In this document: positions 1-11,721 of the stretch, piece by piece | How positions within the stretch are numbered: the stretch's first letter is position 1 | Layout: the number at the start of each line of letters is the position of its first letter | Assembly (NCBI RefSeq): GCF_044704955.1 | Contig: NC_091997.1 | Coordinates: 83,018,001-83,082,000, forward strand | Direction of reading: 5' to 3' | Length of the DNA: 64,000 nt | Source of the DNA: Pristiophorus japonicus | Taxonomy: Eukaryota | Position numbers and translations under genes: made by a program | Notes under the pieces: generated by a model | What the model was told of the DNA's origin: nothing | Databases searched by the model: none | What the model saw: only the letters and a program-made list of their open reading frames with translations

Positions 1-345
1 CTGCTTGATGGATTGGACTGCCCATTCTGCTTGGCCATTGGATGCGGGCTTAAATGGGGAAGACCTGACATGCTTAATGCCATTGCGGGTCATGAACCCG
101 TTGAATTCCGAGCTGGTGAAATATGGTCCATTGTCACTGACAAGGTCGTCGGGCAGACCATGGGTGGCGAACATGGCCCTGAGGCTTTCAATGGTGGCAT
201 TATTACACATTCAATCCATTTAGAATAAGCGTCCACTGCTACTCGAAACATCTTCCCTAGAAAAGGGCCAGCAAAATCTACATGGACCCTGGACCATGGT
301 TTGGAGGGCCATGACCTCAGGCCTCCCTGGGTGCATTGCTCAGTG
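1..345 (-). mobile_element. Ty3/Gypsy integrase fragment (decayed, runs off the window edge)
   Basis: Minus-strand translation gives WPSKPWSRVHVDFAGPFLGKMF..VDAYSKWIEC and, after a frameshift, LRAMFATHGLPDDLVSDNGP..FKPASNGQAE. It is homologous to the integrase at 36202-36699. Confidence 0.85.
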
Positions 346-540
346 CATGCCAGTTCATTGGATATATTCAAGAGGGAGTTAGATATGGCCCTTATGGCTA
401 AAGGGATCAAGAGTTATGGAGAGAAAGCAGGAAAGGGGTACTGAGGTGAATGATCAGCCATGATCTTATTGAATGGTGGTGCAGGCTCGAAGGGCTGAAT
501 GGCCTACTCCTGCACCTATTTTCTATGTTTCTATGTTTCT
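346..540 (+). mobile_element. CR1 LINE 3' end
   Basis: Matches the 3' end of the long CR1 copies (e.g. 62110-62298) and ends in the (CTATGTTT)n tail. Confidence 0.85.
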
Positions 541-1053
541 AATCTCATGGGGACAGCATTAAACATAAATAGCTCACCTATAAATCAGGCTTCGATGTAC
601 ATTAGGATTTACTGTGCGTACACAATATGGGCAAGTGTGAAAAACAGTGCTCATACACTCACTCTCTATGCGGTATATGCTCGACCGGGGGGAGAAGGAA
701 TATACCTAGTGTATTTCCCGTGTACACCGACTATCAGTTTTATTCCTGTCCTGGTCTATTAAGCAGGGACTGGAAGCAGGTTTATGGACCAGTAAACTTT
801 GTTCAAGGCTGACACCTAGTGGCAAGGCTGGTGATTACCGAAGGGCAGTTAGCCTCTGACCTAACTCGCTGCAGTGAGCGTTCTAACCATTTCAAGTCCT
901 TCTCCTTCTTCCATGCTGCCGCTGTGCCACACCTTGAAGAATGTTGAGCAAATTCTGGTCACAAAATCAGTTTACTGTACAAACGGATCTGCGACCCCTG
1001 TGCAAATGTGGATGAATCAAATATCCATTTTGTACAGACGATTCCATACTGGA

Positions 1054-1520
1054 CATCATCATCATAAGGCGGTCCCTCGAACGAGGATGACTTGTTTACA
1101 CACGAGTTCACAGATGTTTCGATGAAGGACCCGATGTTCCAGTCCTGAACTCCAATTGAAGGGTGGAAGATGCCTGTGCGTGGATTTTTTTAACGTGTGG
1201 TGACTGTTGCACATCAGCCACCACACGGGCTTGACAGAGCTAGGCCTTTATCCAGTGGCAAGGGTTAACCAGGACGACTGGAGACCTGCTCTGCTGCATG
1301 GACCTAGTGCGCTCACATATCGCAGTGTAGGCTGGTCCGTGCTGCCCCTGGGCCCTCGCCTCTTCTGGGCCCCGTACCCTCATTCACCGCTCCTCCGCCA
1401 CGATCTCTCGCCGCTCCTTCGACACAAACATTCACCGAACCGCCGCCACAATCACCCACCAAATCTCAGCCATAATCCCTCATCGCTCCTCTGCCCCGAT
1501 CACTCATTGCAAGTCCGCCA
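1054..1520 (-). mobile_element. Non-autonomous retroelement with an RTE-type (GAT)n 3' tail, copy 1
   Basis: Begins catcatcatcataaggcggtccctcgaacgaggatgacttg. The same sequence recurs at 18437 and 26578, and the terminus resembles the RTE terminus at 10121-10160. Confidence 0.65.
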
Positions 1521-2181
1521 CGGTTTATGTACTGCCACCCGCTAACGCAACAGGTTTCCCTCCGAATCTTACAGACATCATGTACAGGTGCAATGACCTT
1601 TTCAGGCGTATTTGCTCAAAACCCAAGAATTTTTTTTTAAGTTGCCATTTGTTCTGATCAAGGAAAATCCACCAAATGAGAGAGACCGGTGAAAGTTCTG
1701 CCATAAACTCATTTTTTAAGTCAGAAACATGTGTCTGCATTTCGTTATTGGTTCTTCTGCCCCTCCTCCCCCCACAATTCAGACAATTCTTCAGATACAA
1801 TCTCCACCTCTCCTACCGGTATCCGTTGTCCAGTAGATTATTCATAAGGATTCAAGTGCTGTAAAGGGCTTTGAGGACGTGAAAGGCGCTATATAAATTA
1901 ATTTTTTTTATATCCCCCCCAAATAAAGGGGAGAGGGCTTTTAATTTAAGTGACGTTTGAAAATAATTCATTTTGCTATTCCAGCACGCGAGTAGGGGAT
2001 GGGGAACGGCACGAGTGAATGAACATCCCATCACTTTCTGGGGTTATCTGCCTATCTTTTCGGTCTGTCTAGTTTGTTTTGCCATCAAAAAAGGTACAGA
2101 GCGCAAAGCCTGTGCGATTCAGACAGGACTACACCGCCATCTGCAGCAGGGGAGCAGTACTACTGGAACCAAAATGCCACT

Positions 2182-2202
2182 TGTGTGTGTGTGTGTGTGT
2201 GT
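2182..2202. repeat. (TG)n microsatellite
   Basis: About 10 TG units, seen directly. Confidence 0.95.
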
Positions 2203-2336
2203 TTGGCACACCTGAACAAAAGCTTCAATCCACAGAAACAAAAAAGCAGATCTGAAGGCAAATATGGCACCTTCTAGAAAGCAACGACAGGCCCCACTAT
2301 TGTCTAGGAGGGATGAGCATTCAACAAAAATCAAAT

Positions 2337-2800
2337 CATAAGAACATAAGAAATAGGAGCAGGAGTAGGCCATACAGCCCCTCGAGCCTGCTCTGCCATT
2401 CAATAAGATCATGGCTGATCCGATCATGGACTCAGGTCCACTTCCCTGCCAGCTCCCCATAACCCCTCATCAGTTAAGAAACTGTCTGTCTCTATCTTAA
2501 ATTTATTCAATGTCTCAGCTTCCACAGCTCTCTGAGGCAGCGAATTCCACAGATCCACAACCCTCAGATTCCTCCTCAGCTCAGTTTTAAATGGGCAGCC
2601 CCTTATTCTAAGATCATGCCCTCTAGTTCTAGTCTCCCCCATCAGTGGAAACATCCTTTCTGCGTCCACCTTGTCAAGCCCCCTCATAATCTTATACGTT
2701 TCGATAAGATCACCTCTCATTCTTCTGAATTCCAATGAGTAGAGAGAGGCCCAACATACTCAACCTTTCCTCATAAGTCAACCCCCTCATCTCCGGAATC
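2337..2800 (-). mobile_element. CR1 LINE 3' fragment
   Basis: ORF 2424..2735 (EFRRMRGDLIETYKI..RTRGHDLRIRG) is the CR1 ORF2 C-terminus, followed by the CR1 3' UTR. Confidence 0.85.
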
Positions 2801-3004
2801 AATTCTCGTACACTAAAAGAAATTGTTCTTTTGAGACACCAGGACAAAAAGTGCAACCAAAAATCAAATCAAGATAGCAGTACAGGATATCCTGGCCACT
2901 CACAGAAAGAAACGATTAAAAAGTGGCATGATTGAGAGCAAAGTGTGCAGCATTTTATATAGATTACCAAGTGATTTAATGATTTAGTCTATATATTTTA
3001 TTAG

Positions 3005-3470
3005 TGTCAGCCGTGGCTCAGTGGGCAGCACTCTCGCCTCAGAGTCAGAAGGTTGTGGGTTCAAGTCCCACTCCAGGGACTTGAGCATATAAATCTAGGC
3101 TGACACTCCAGTGCAGTGCTGAGGGAGTGCTGCACTGTCGGAGGTGCTGTCTTTCAGATGAGACGTTAAACCGAGGCGCCGTCTGCTCTCAGATTTGCGT
3201 AAAAGATCCCATAGCACTAGTTCGAAGAGGAGCAGGGGAGTTATCCCCGGTGTCCTGGCCAATATTTATTCCTCAATTAACATAACAAAAACAAATGATC
3301 TGGGTCATTATCACATTGCTGTTTGTGGGAGCTTGCTGTGCGCAAGTTGGCTGCCACGTTTCCCACATTACAACAGTGACTACACTCCAAAAGTACTTCA
3401 TTGGCTGTAAAGTGCTTTGCGACATCCGGTGGTCGTGAAAGGCGCTTTATAAATGCAAGTCTGTCTTTCT
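3005..3470 (+). mobile_element. Full-length tRNA-derived Deu-domain SINE (SacSINE1/AmnSINE1-like)
   Basis: A box tggctcagtggg, B box ggttcaagtccc, Deu-like core (gagggagtgctgcactgtcggaggtg..taaaagatcccat) and an L2-type tail (gtgaaaggcgc..ataaatgcaagt). Confidence 0.85.
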
Positions 3471-4614
3471 ATTACAGTGGAATCTGATTATAGCGATGAA
3501 TTGTGACAAATCCCCAAATGCGGACTATAATTGAAAGCTCACAGATTGAGAAGTGGGCAATCCACAATGACCTGTGGGGCTGCTCACAGACCAAAGGGGT
3601 GTCTCTGCGCAGGGCTTTAGGACGTGCTGATGAGCAGGGTTGTTTTAACGGTGAACAGCACTGACCAACAATTTAAACAGCCCAACGGTACACCGTGCAG
3701 GAAGGAAAGAACTTGCATTTATATAGCGCCTCGCTCATGGCCACAGGACGTCCCAAAGTGCTTTACAGCCAATGAAGTACTTTTGGAGTGTTGCAATGTA
3801 GGAATGACGACCCATATCCACAGCATTTTGGGGCGGGGGAAGGAGGGGGGGGGAAAGAGAGAGAGTTCCAGATTCCCACTACCCTTTGTGCAAAGAAGTG
3901 CTTCCTGATATCAATCCTGACAGCCTGGCTCTAATTTTAAGGTTGTGTCCCCTTGTTCTGGACTCCCCAGCACTCGAGGAAATAGTCTCTCTCTCTATAA
4001 CCCGTATTAGCTCCTTTAATCATCCTAAACAGCTCAATCAGGTCAGCCCTTCAGCTTCTATATTCAAGAGAATACAAGGCTAGTCTGTGCAACCTGTCCT
4101 CGGAACTTAACCCCTTTTAGCCCCAGTATCATTTATTGCAAATCCAAACCGTCCAGTTAATACCCCACCCCACTATGGAATCAGCCTTTCCCGGTTTACG
4201 ATGTCAAATCTTCTGCACGATTCCAAGTATTTCTCTCTCCCCGACAAGCCTCGTACCCGGACAGTTACTGCTTGATTTTGCATGTCATTCGTGATGATTT
4301 AACCCACTTGGGGTACTTTCATCGTGAACTGAGTCCTCGAGCTCTTGTACCCGTTTCAGATGCTCCCAGTTTATTATCCCGTGCACTTGGGGTAGATTAA
4401 TGCATGGGCCTTCGGCAAGTAGCTGCAAGAGGCTGACCCTCATTCCCATTCCCGATCTTCCTTCCCTACGCTCCTAAAGAAACAGTGTGTGGCTGGGCTT
4501 TGGTAGCGTGGGGCATTAGCTCTGGTCATTTTGTCAGGCTATTTGACTGTGCTAGGCATCACAACCCATGTGCACTTCGAGTAAAGGTTGATGTGTAGGG
4601 ATTAGGACAGGGAT

Positions 4615-5078
4615 AGAAAAATTTGCATTTATATAGCGCCTTTCATGGCCATCGGATGTCTCAAAGCGCTTTACAGCCAATGAAGTACTTTTAGAGTGTA
4701 GTCACTGTTGTAATGTGGGAAACACAGCAGCCAATTTGCGCACAGCAAGCTCCCACACACAGCAATGTGATGACCCAGATAATCTGCTTTAGTGGTGTTG
4801 AGTGAGGGACAAATATTGGCCCAGGACACCGGGGAGAACTCTGCTGCTTGTCTTCGAAATAGTGGGCATGGGATCTTTTACATCCACCGAGAGGGCAGAG
4901 GGGACCTCCGTTTAACATCTTATCCGAAAGACGACACCTCCGACAGTGCGGCACTCCCTCAGCACTGCACTGGGAGTGTCAGCCTAGATTTATGTGCTCG
5001 AGTCCCTGGAGTGGGACTTGAACCCACAACACTCTGACTCCGAGGCGAGGGTGCTGCCCACTGAGCCACAGCTGACAC
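4615..5078 (-). mobile_element. Full-length DeuSINE
   Basis: Reverse complement of 3005-3470, including the A and B boxes at about 5010-5070. Confidence 0.85.
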
Positions 5079-5213
5079 TGCCTGATTTTCCTACATGAGC
5101 GGTGGGAATACGACTGCTGCCTGCTCGGGTCCACATGCTCATCGCTCGGCTGGAAACTGCGCCCTTTCCTTGGTGAACACACTTGAGGAGCGACTCTGGG
5201 AACATCCTCTCAC

Positions 5214-5370
5214 CTGGTTTGCGTAACGTTTGGGCAACTTCTTCTTTGCCAGCTCGACCTCCATTTCGTCGTGCTCCTCCTTCCTCTCGGACTCATCCCC
5301 GCTGTCCTCTCCCCCTGTCCAGTCATCTTCAGCTAGACGCCTTGCGTGGTTAACGTAATCCAAGCGCCGC
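5214..5370 (-). CDS. SNUPN: Snurportin-1, second coding exon
   Basis: Encodes (S)RRLDYVNHARRLAEDDWTGGEDSGDESERKEEHDEMEVELAKKKLPKRYANQ, matching human KRLDYVNHARRLAEDDWTG..KKLPKHYANQ. Acceptor ttttggatcgaag|, donor cag|gtgag, and the phase joins the upstream exon correctly. Confidence 0.95.
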
Positions 5371-5444
5371 CTTCGATCCAAAAACAGAATAAAGCAGGGG
5401 TGAAGTCGACACAGCGCCACAGTCAAGTACTACACCAAACCGAA

Positions 5445-6040
5445 AGAACCTGCATATATCTCGGGCTCCCCACGACCACCAGACGTCCCAAAGCGCCAAT
5501 GAAGTACTTTCAGAGCATAGTCACTGTTGTAATGTGGGAAACGCAGCAGCCAATTTGCGCACAGCAAGCTCCCACAAACAGCAATGTGATAACAACCAGA
5601 TAATCGGTTTTTGTTAAGTTGATTGAGGGATAAATATTGGCCAGGACACCAGGGATAACTCCCCTGCTCTTCTTCCAAATAGTGCCATGGGATCTTTCGC
5701 AGATGGGGCCTCGGTTTAACATCTCACGCGAAAGACGGCACCTCCGACAGTGCAGCACTCCCTCAGTACTTCATTTAAAATAACACAGAATCTTAATGAA
5801 GGGGACATGCCTGAAATATTAGTCTGTCTTTTCTCTTGACAGAAGCTAGCCAATCTCACAAAAACAGATTATCTGGTCATTATCGCATTGCTGCTTGTGG
5901 GAGCTTGCTGTGCGCAAATTAACTGCCACGTTTCCTGCATTACAACGGCGACTACACTTCAAAACGTACTTCATTGGCTGTAAAGCACTTTGGGATGTTC
6001 AGAGGTGAAAGGCGCTATATAAATGCAAGTCTTCCTTTCT
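5445..6040. mobile_element. Two partial DeuSINEs (5445-5770 on -, 5858-6040 on +) flanking a Penelope-like remnant (about 5790-5856)
   Basis: Homology to 3005-3470 in both orientations. The middle part resembles 31150-31260. Confidence 0.7.
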
Positions 6041-6454
6041 TCTTTGCGAAGGGCAGCACCAAATACAACTCCTGCCATGAGAAAAACAACAGGAAGCAGC
6101 AGTTAATGGGGCCGTGCCCTCGGAGACCAATGGAGATATCTTATTTCAAATGGATGCATTTCCGAGAGATCCCACTTATTCACCAGAACGGGGTGGAAAG
6201 GGGAGGGGAGAGGGTGCCAGGACTTGACCGATCAAGTAAACAATCTCACATCGATCCGGATGTTCCAAGTAATGTGCCTGTGGGGATTCAATCCACCGCC
6301 GCCGCCCCCCCCGCCCCCGTGTTCCTCTCTTCCCAACGGTAAGATCAGCTGGGACAGCTGATCAGCCAACGGAAAGCTGCCCATTTAGCCTGTAACTACA
6401 GACCGGACAAAACTGGCCCCTTGATGCAGACCATAGCGCCATCCCCACCCACCT

Positions 6455-7120
6455 ACAGAGGGACCTGGGTGTCCTTGTTCACCAATCACTGAAAGTTAAC
6501 CTGCAGCTACACCAAACAATTAAGAAAGCAAATGGTGTGTTAGCCTTTATTACAAGAGAATTTGTGTACAAGAGTAAAGATGTCTTATTGCAATTATATC
6601 GGTCCCTGGTGAGACCGCACCTGGAGTATTGTGTACAGATTTTGGTCTCCTTATCGAAAGAAGGATATACTTGCGATTGAGGGAGTGCAACGAAGGTTCA
6701 CCAGACTGATTTCTGGGATGGGGGTTGTCCAATGAGGAGAGATTGTGTAGACTAGGCCGATATTCTCTAGAGTTTGGAAGCAGGGAGAAGGTTTCCCCCG
6801 GGCTGGGGAGTCCAGAACCAGGGGTCACAGTCTCAGAATAAGGGGTCGGCCATTTAGGACTGAGATGAGGAGAAACTTCTTCACTCAGAGGGTGCTGAAT
6901 CTCTGGAATTCTCTGCTCCAGAGGGCTGTGGATACTCAGTGGTCGAGTATATTCAAGACAGAGATTGATTGATTTTTGGATATGAAGGGAATTGAGGGAT
7001 GTGAGGACAGTGCAGGAAAGTGGAGTTGAGGTAGAAGATCAGCCATGATCTTATTGAATGGTGGAGCAGGCTCAAGGGGCCGAATGGCCTATCCCTGGCT
7101 CCTAATTTTGACATTCTTAC
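6455..7120 (+). mobile_element. CR1 LINE 3' fragment
   Basis: Degenerate RDLGVLVHQSLKV..LVRPHLEYCVQ..RRNFFTQRV coding remnant followed by the CR1 3' UTR. Confidence 0.8.
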
Positions 7121-7664
7121 AGAGAGAGCACTAAAGGCTGGAATCAGTCCTGCACAGCGGCTAACTTTACCAGTCGAGACTCTGCCCGTTTAAATCTATT
7201 CCTGAGCCAGTGCGTGGAGCACGTTGAAAGCATAGAAACATAGAAAATAGGTGCAGGAGTAGGCCATTCGGCCCTTCGAACCTGCACCACCATTCAATGA
7301 GTTCATGTCTGAACATGCAACTTCAGTACCTCATGCCTGTTAATTTAACTTTCAGCGTGTATTCTCTTCTTCAGCACAGAAGGCTGGCTGGCTCTCTGTC
7401 CAACAGTGCATCCATTCAATCAATTAATGAGACCCCAGATACATAGTGATGGAGCATTTTCCCTCACGTCAACATGACCAGGAGCAGCAACCAGAGCTTG
7501 TTATGCAGCAACCACACAATGTAACTACATCAACACAAGCACGCGTAGAAGATCCCGTTAATCGGAGATCACGAATCGTGACTTTCTTTGCTCTCACAGT
7601 TACACGACTGGTAGAAGCACACACTTTCGAACAGGAGAATAACAGATTTGTAAAACAACACCAT

Positions 7665-7990
7665 CTTGTATTTATATAGCGCCTTTTAACGTAGTAAAAC
7701 ATCCCAAAGCATTTCACAAGAGCATTATCAAACAGAATTTGATACTGAGCCACACAAGGAGAAATTAGGGCAGGTGACCAAAATCTTGTTCAAAGAGGTA
7801 GGTTTTAAGGAGCATCTTAAAGGAGGAAAGAGAGGCGGAGAGGTTTAGGGAGGGAGTTCCAGAGCTTGGGTCCCAGGCAACAGAAGGCACGGCCACTGAT
7901 GGTTGAGCGATTATAATCAGGGATGTTCAAGAGGGCAGAATTAGAGGAGCGCAGGGTGGGGGGGGGGGGGTTGGAGGAGATTACAGAGTT
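7665..7990 (-). mobile_element. L2-type LINE 3' fragment
   Basis: Reverse complement of the 3' ends at 30590-30910 (ctctttgaccaagcttttggtcacctg..aaaggcgctatataaat). Confidence 0.65.
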
Positions 7991-8239
7991 AATCTGTAAT
8001 TAATAATACAACGCAAGAGAGCAGACTATTTGCTCCTGACCCTCCACCAGTTACAGGCTGAAACTGGCCATGGGGAGCGGGGCAAAATTCAATGTTGAAA
8101 CACGAGTCCCTGCCAGTTCGTGCGTTCGGACGTACAATGTGACCCACCACCCACGTGTTATTTTTGGCTCCCTCACCAACACATGTCTTGCACATTTGCC
8201 TGCGCCAACATCAATCGGCAGTGACAGATCAGGCCACAC

Positions 8240-8790
8240 CTGGACCACTGCGTGCAATTTTGGTTTCCATATTTACGAAAGGATATACTTGCTTTGGAGG
8301 CAGTTCAGAGAAGGTTCACTCGGTTGATTCCGGAGATGAGGGAGTTGACTTATGAGGAAAGGTTGAGTAGGTTGGGCTTCTACTCATTGGAATTCAGAAG
8401 AATGAGAGGTGATCTTATCGAAACGTATAAAATTGAGGGGGCTGGACGCAGAGAGGATGTTTCCACTGATAGGGGAGACTAGAACTAGAGGGCATGATCT
8501 TAGAATAAGGGGCCGCCCATTTAAAAACTGAGATGAGGAGGAATTTCTTCTCTCAGAGGGTTGTAAATCTGTGGAATTTACTGCCTCAGAGAGCTGTGGA
8601 AGTTGGGTCATTGAATAATTTTAAGACAGAAATAGACAGTTTCTTAACCAATAAGGGAATAAAGGGAGCGGGCGGGGAAGTGGACCTGAGTCCATGATCG
8701 GATCAGCCATGATCTTATTGAATGGCGGAGCAGGCTCGAGGGGCTGTATGGCCTACTCCTGCTCCTGCTCCTATTTCTTATGTTCTTACG
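8240..8790 (+). mobile_element. CR1 LINE 3' fragment
   Basis: ORF 8252..8482 (QFWFPYLRKDILALEAVQRRFTRLIP) followed by the CR1 3' UTR and tail. Confidence 0.85.
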
Positions 8791-8915
8791 TGTTCTTATC
8801 AGTTTTCACGGGCGGGGACCTGGTGGGAAGAGCTGATGCATCTTGGCGAGCAAACTCTCAAAACTCTCCACCATTTGCAGCCATGTCGTTTCTTCGCTTC
8901 ATTCCGACGACTTAC

Positions 8916-9073
8916 GATTTTTGGGTTTCCAGAAGCTTCCTCCTGCGCTCCGCCTGCTCCTGTGTGTTGGATTTGAGTTTGTACTGGGCGAGACGTGGGT
9001 GTGGAGCTGCAGTGCTGTTCAGGTCCTGAGACACCGCAAAGCTGGAGAACAACACCCGGCTCAATTCGTCCAT
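8916..9073 (-). CDS. SNUPN: Snurportin-1, first coding exon (importin-beta-binding region)
   Basis: MDELSRVLFSSFAVSQDLNSTAAPHPRLAQYKLKSNTQEQAERRRKLLETQKS matches human MEELSQALASSFSVSQDLNSTAAPHPRLSQYK..EQSERRRRLLELQKS. Donor tc|gtaag at 8915. The acceptor tttattttgattgcag lies 8 nt upstream of the ATG, so the exon starts at 9081 and an upstream non-coding exon must exist. Confidence 0.95.
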
Positions 9074-9096
9074 AATGATCACTGCAATCAAAATAA

Positions 9097-9708
9097 ATCC
9101 CAGGGCATTATCTCGAAGAAAGTTCTCCCCAGTGTCCTGGGACAATATTTGTCCCTCAAATCAACAGAACAAAAACAGATTATCTGGTCATTTATCTCAT
9201 TGCTGTTTGCAGAACCTTGCAGAGCGCAAATTGGCTGCCGCATTTCCTACTTTACAACAGTGACTATGTACATTGAAACATATAAAATTCTTACAGGGCT
9301 TGACAGGGTAGATGCAGGGAGGATGTTTCCTCTGGCTGGGGAGTCTAGAACCAGGGGTCAGAGTCTCAGAATAAGGGGCTGCCCATTTAAAACTAAGATG
9401 AGGAGGAATTTCTTCTCTCAGAGGCTTGTAAATCTGTGGAATTCTCTGCTCCAGAGAGCTGTGGAGGCTGGGACATTGAATATATTTAAGGCAGAGATAG
9501 ACAGATTTTTGACCGATAAGGGAATAAGGGGTTTCAGGGGAGCAGGCAGGGAAGTGGACCTGCGTCCATGATCGGATCAGCCATGATCTTATTAAATGAC
9601 CTACTCCTGCTCCTAATTCTTATGACTACACTTCAAAGAAAAGTCCTTCACTGTCTATAAAGCGCTTTGGTACGTCAAGTGGCCACGAAAGGCGCTATAT
9701 AAATGCAA
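9097..9708 (+). mobile_element. 5'-truncated DeuSINE interrupted by a CR1 3' fragment (9267-9622)
   Basis: SINE homology on both sides. The CR1 insert is flanked by the duplication tgacta at 9261-9266 and 9623-9628. Confidence 0.8.
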
Positions 9709-9710
9709 TC

Positions 9711-10572
9711 CGTTGGGCGGGCCACAACTGTCCGCATGCCAGACATGAGACTCCCTAAGCAAGCGCTCTACTCGGAGATCCAACACGGCAAGCGAGTCCC
9801 AGGTGGGCAGAGGAAACGTTTCAAGGACCCTTAAAGCCTCCCTGATAAAGTGCAACATCCCCACTGACACCTGGGAGTCCCTGGCATAAGGCCGCCCTAA
9901 GTGGAGGAAGAGCATCCAGGAGGGCGCTGAGCACCTCGAGTCTCGTCACCGAGAGCATGCAGAAACCAAGCGCAGGCAGCGGAAGGAGCGTGCAGCAAAC
10001 CTGTCCCACCCACCCTTTCCTTCAACCACTGTCTGTCCCACCTGTGACAGAGACTGTAATTCCAATCATCATCATCATCATAGGCAGCCCAGTGAATAAA
10101 GCAAGCAAGACTTGTATTTATCATCATCATAGGCAGTCCCTCAGAATCGAGGAAGACTTGCTTCCACTCTTAAAATGAGTCCTTAGGTGGCTGAACATTC
10201 CAATACGAGAGCCACAGTCTCTGTCACAGGTCGGACAGATAGTCGTTGAGGGAAGGGGTGGGTGGGACTGGTTTGCTGCACGCTCCTTCCACTGTCTGCA
10301 CTTGTTTTCTGCACGCTCTCTGCGACGAGACTCGAGGTGCTCAGCGTCCTCCCGGATGCACTTCCTCCACTTAGGGCGGTCTTTGGTCAGGGACTCCCAG
10401 GCGTCAGTGGGGCTGTTGCACTTTATCAGGAAGGCTTTGAGGGTGTCCTTGTAACGTTTCCTCTGCCCACCTTTGGCTCGCTTGCCGTGAAGGAGTTCCG
10501 AGCATGGGACTGTTCAGCCACCTGAGAACTCACTTTTTTCGAGCAAGTCTTCCTCGATTCCGAGGGACTGCC
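9711..10572 (+). mobile_element. RTE-clade LINE 3' fragment with a nested inverted RTE insert (about 10063-10502, - strand)
   Basis: Translates as RWAG..VRMPDMRLPKQALYSEIQHGKRVPGGQRKRFKD, an RTE ORF C-terminus. (GAT)n tails are present. Probable TSD tataaat(g/a)caa at about 9698 and 10582. Confidence 0.8.
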
Positions 10573-11309
10573 TGTGGCAATTATAAATACAAGTCTTGCT
10601 TGCTTTATTCACTGGGCAATGCTAGCAGTGAGTTTAATGCGAGCTAACGAGGAGTGAGGCCAATTGCAAACAAATGCTTCCTGTGGAATTCCCGACCGCA
10701 GAGAGTTGTTGATGCCAGTTCGTTGGATATATTCAAGAGGGAGTTAGATGTGGCCCTTACGGCTAAAGGGATCAAGGGGTATGGAGAGAAAGCAGGAAAG
10801 GGATACTGAGGTGAATGATCAGCCATGATCTTATTGAATGGTGGTGCAGGCTCGAAGGGCCGAATGGCCTACTCCTGCACCTATTTTCTATGTAAACCCA
10901 TTTGGACAAAAAGACTATTTTTGTGTCTGTGAGTTACATCACATTTTTTTCAAGCCCCCTTAATTCAGCGAATTCCACCTGAAATGGAAATAACCTCGAT
11001 AAAAAACCGAGCAGTTTTGCTGAAAGTGGTTGAAATGCAGGGTGAGTGTCCCAGGGCCCGAGTTACAGAGCTGTTGTGAGGGGCCGGAGGGTCCCAGGAT
11101 AAAATGCCTCCACTCACCTCACACACTGCCTGCTCCCAGTGATACTGCGGATGGCCAACCACCAGCTCTCCCCCTCTCTCCGCTCCACACTCACAGCAAC
11201 GGGCCAACCACCGGCTTTCCCTGCACAAATCAAAACTCAGCTCATTTGAACTTTTTTTAAAATAAAAGAACAGGCACATGTCACTAAAGCGCAAATTGCA
11301 ATTGCTGTG

Positions 11310-11520
11310 GGGAGGCCAGAGGAGGGACTGGAGTGCATCATCACCCCTGACAACATTTGATTTAAGTTATGGCAAAAAGTCAATTGGTTTATTTGTCGGT
11401 TTTAGTGCCCTCCCCCTTTAATAAGAGGGCATTTGATTTATGGTTTTACAAAAATAGTTGTTGTAGGGAGGGAGGGGGGGAGAGAGGACAAGAAAAAAAT
11501 AAATTATCTTTAAAGAAAAG
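11310..11520 (+). mobile_element. Tx1/L1-like LINE 3' terminus
   Basis: ggagggactggagtgcatcatcac.. matches the reverse complement of 45690-45725 and is related to the end of the coding remnant near 34100. Confidence 0.55.
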
Positions 11521-11721
11521 GACTAAAAATAAACCAATTAAAGATGATCTGGTCATTATCACACTGCTGTTTGTGGCAGCTTGCTGTGCGCAAATTGGCT
11601 GCCGCATTTCCAACATTACAACAGTGACTACACTCCAAAAAGTACTTCATTGGCTGTAAAGTGCTTTGCGATGTCTGGTGGTCGTGAAAGGTGCAATATA
11701 AATCCAAGTCTTTCTTTCAAG

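Noticed and set aside
3008-3080. tRNA-like sequence (also about 5005-5078, 40866-40940 and 50611-50685)
   Set aside because: These are the pol III heads of SINEs and continue directly into the SINE body; they are not tRNA genes.
1-5213. Further SNUPN exons (LMLSEWL..CPVGKR)
   Set aside because: No match found by eye; they presumably lie left of the window.
8843-9571. 242-aa + strand ORF
   Set aside because: Chance read-through of antisense SNUPN exon, DeuSINE and CR1 sequence.
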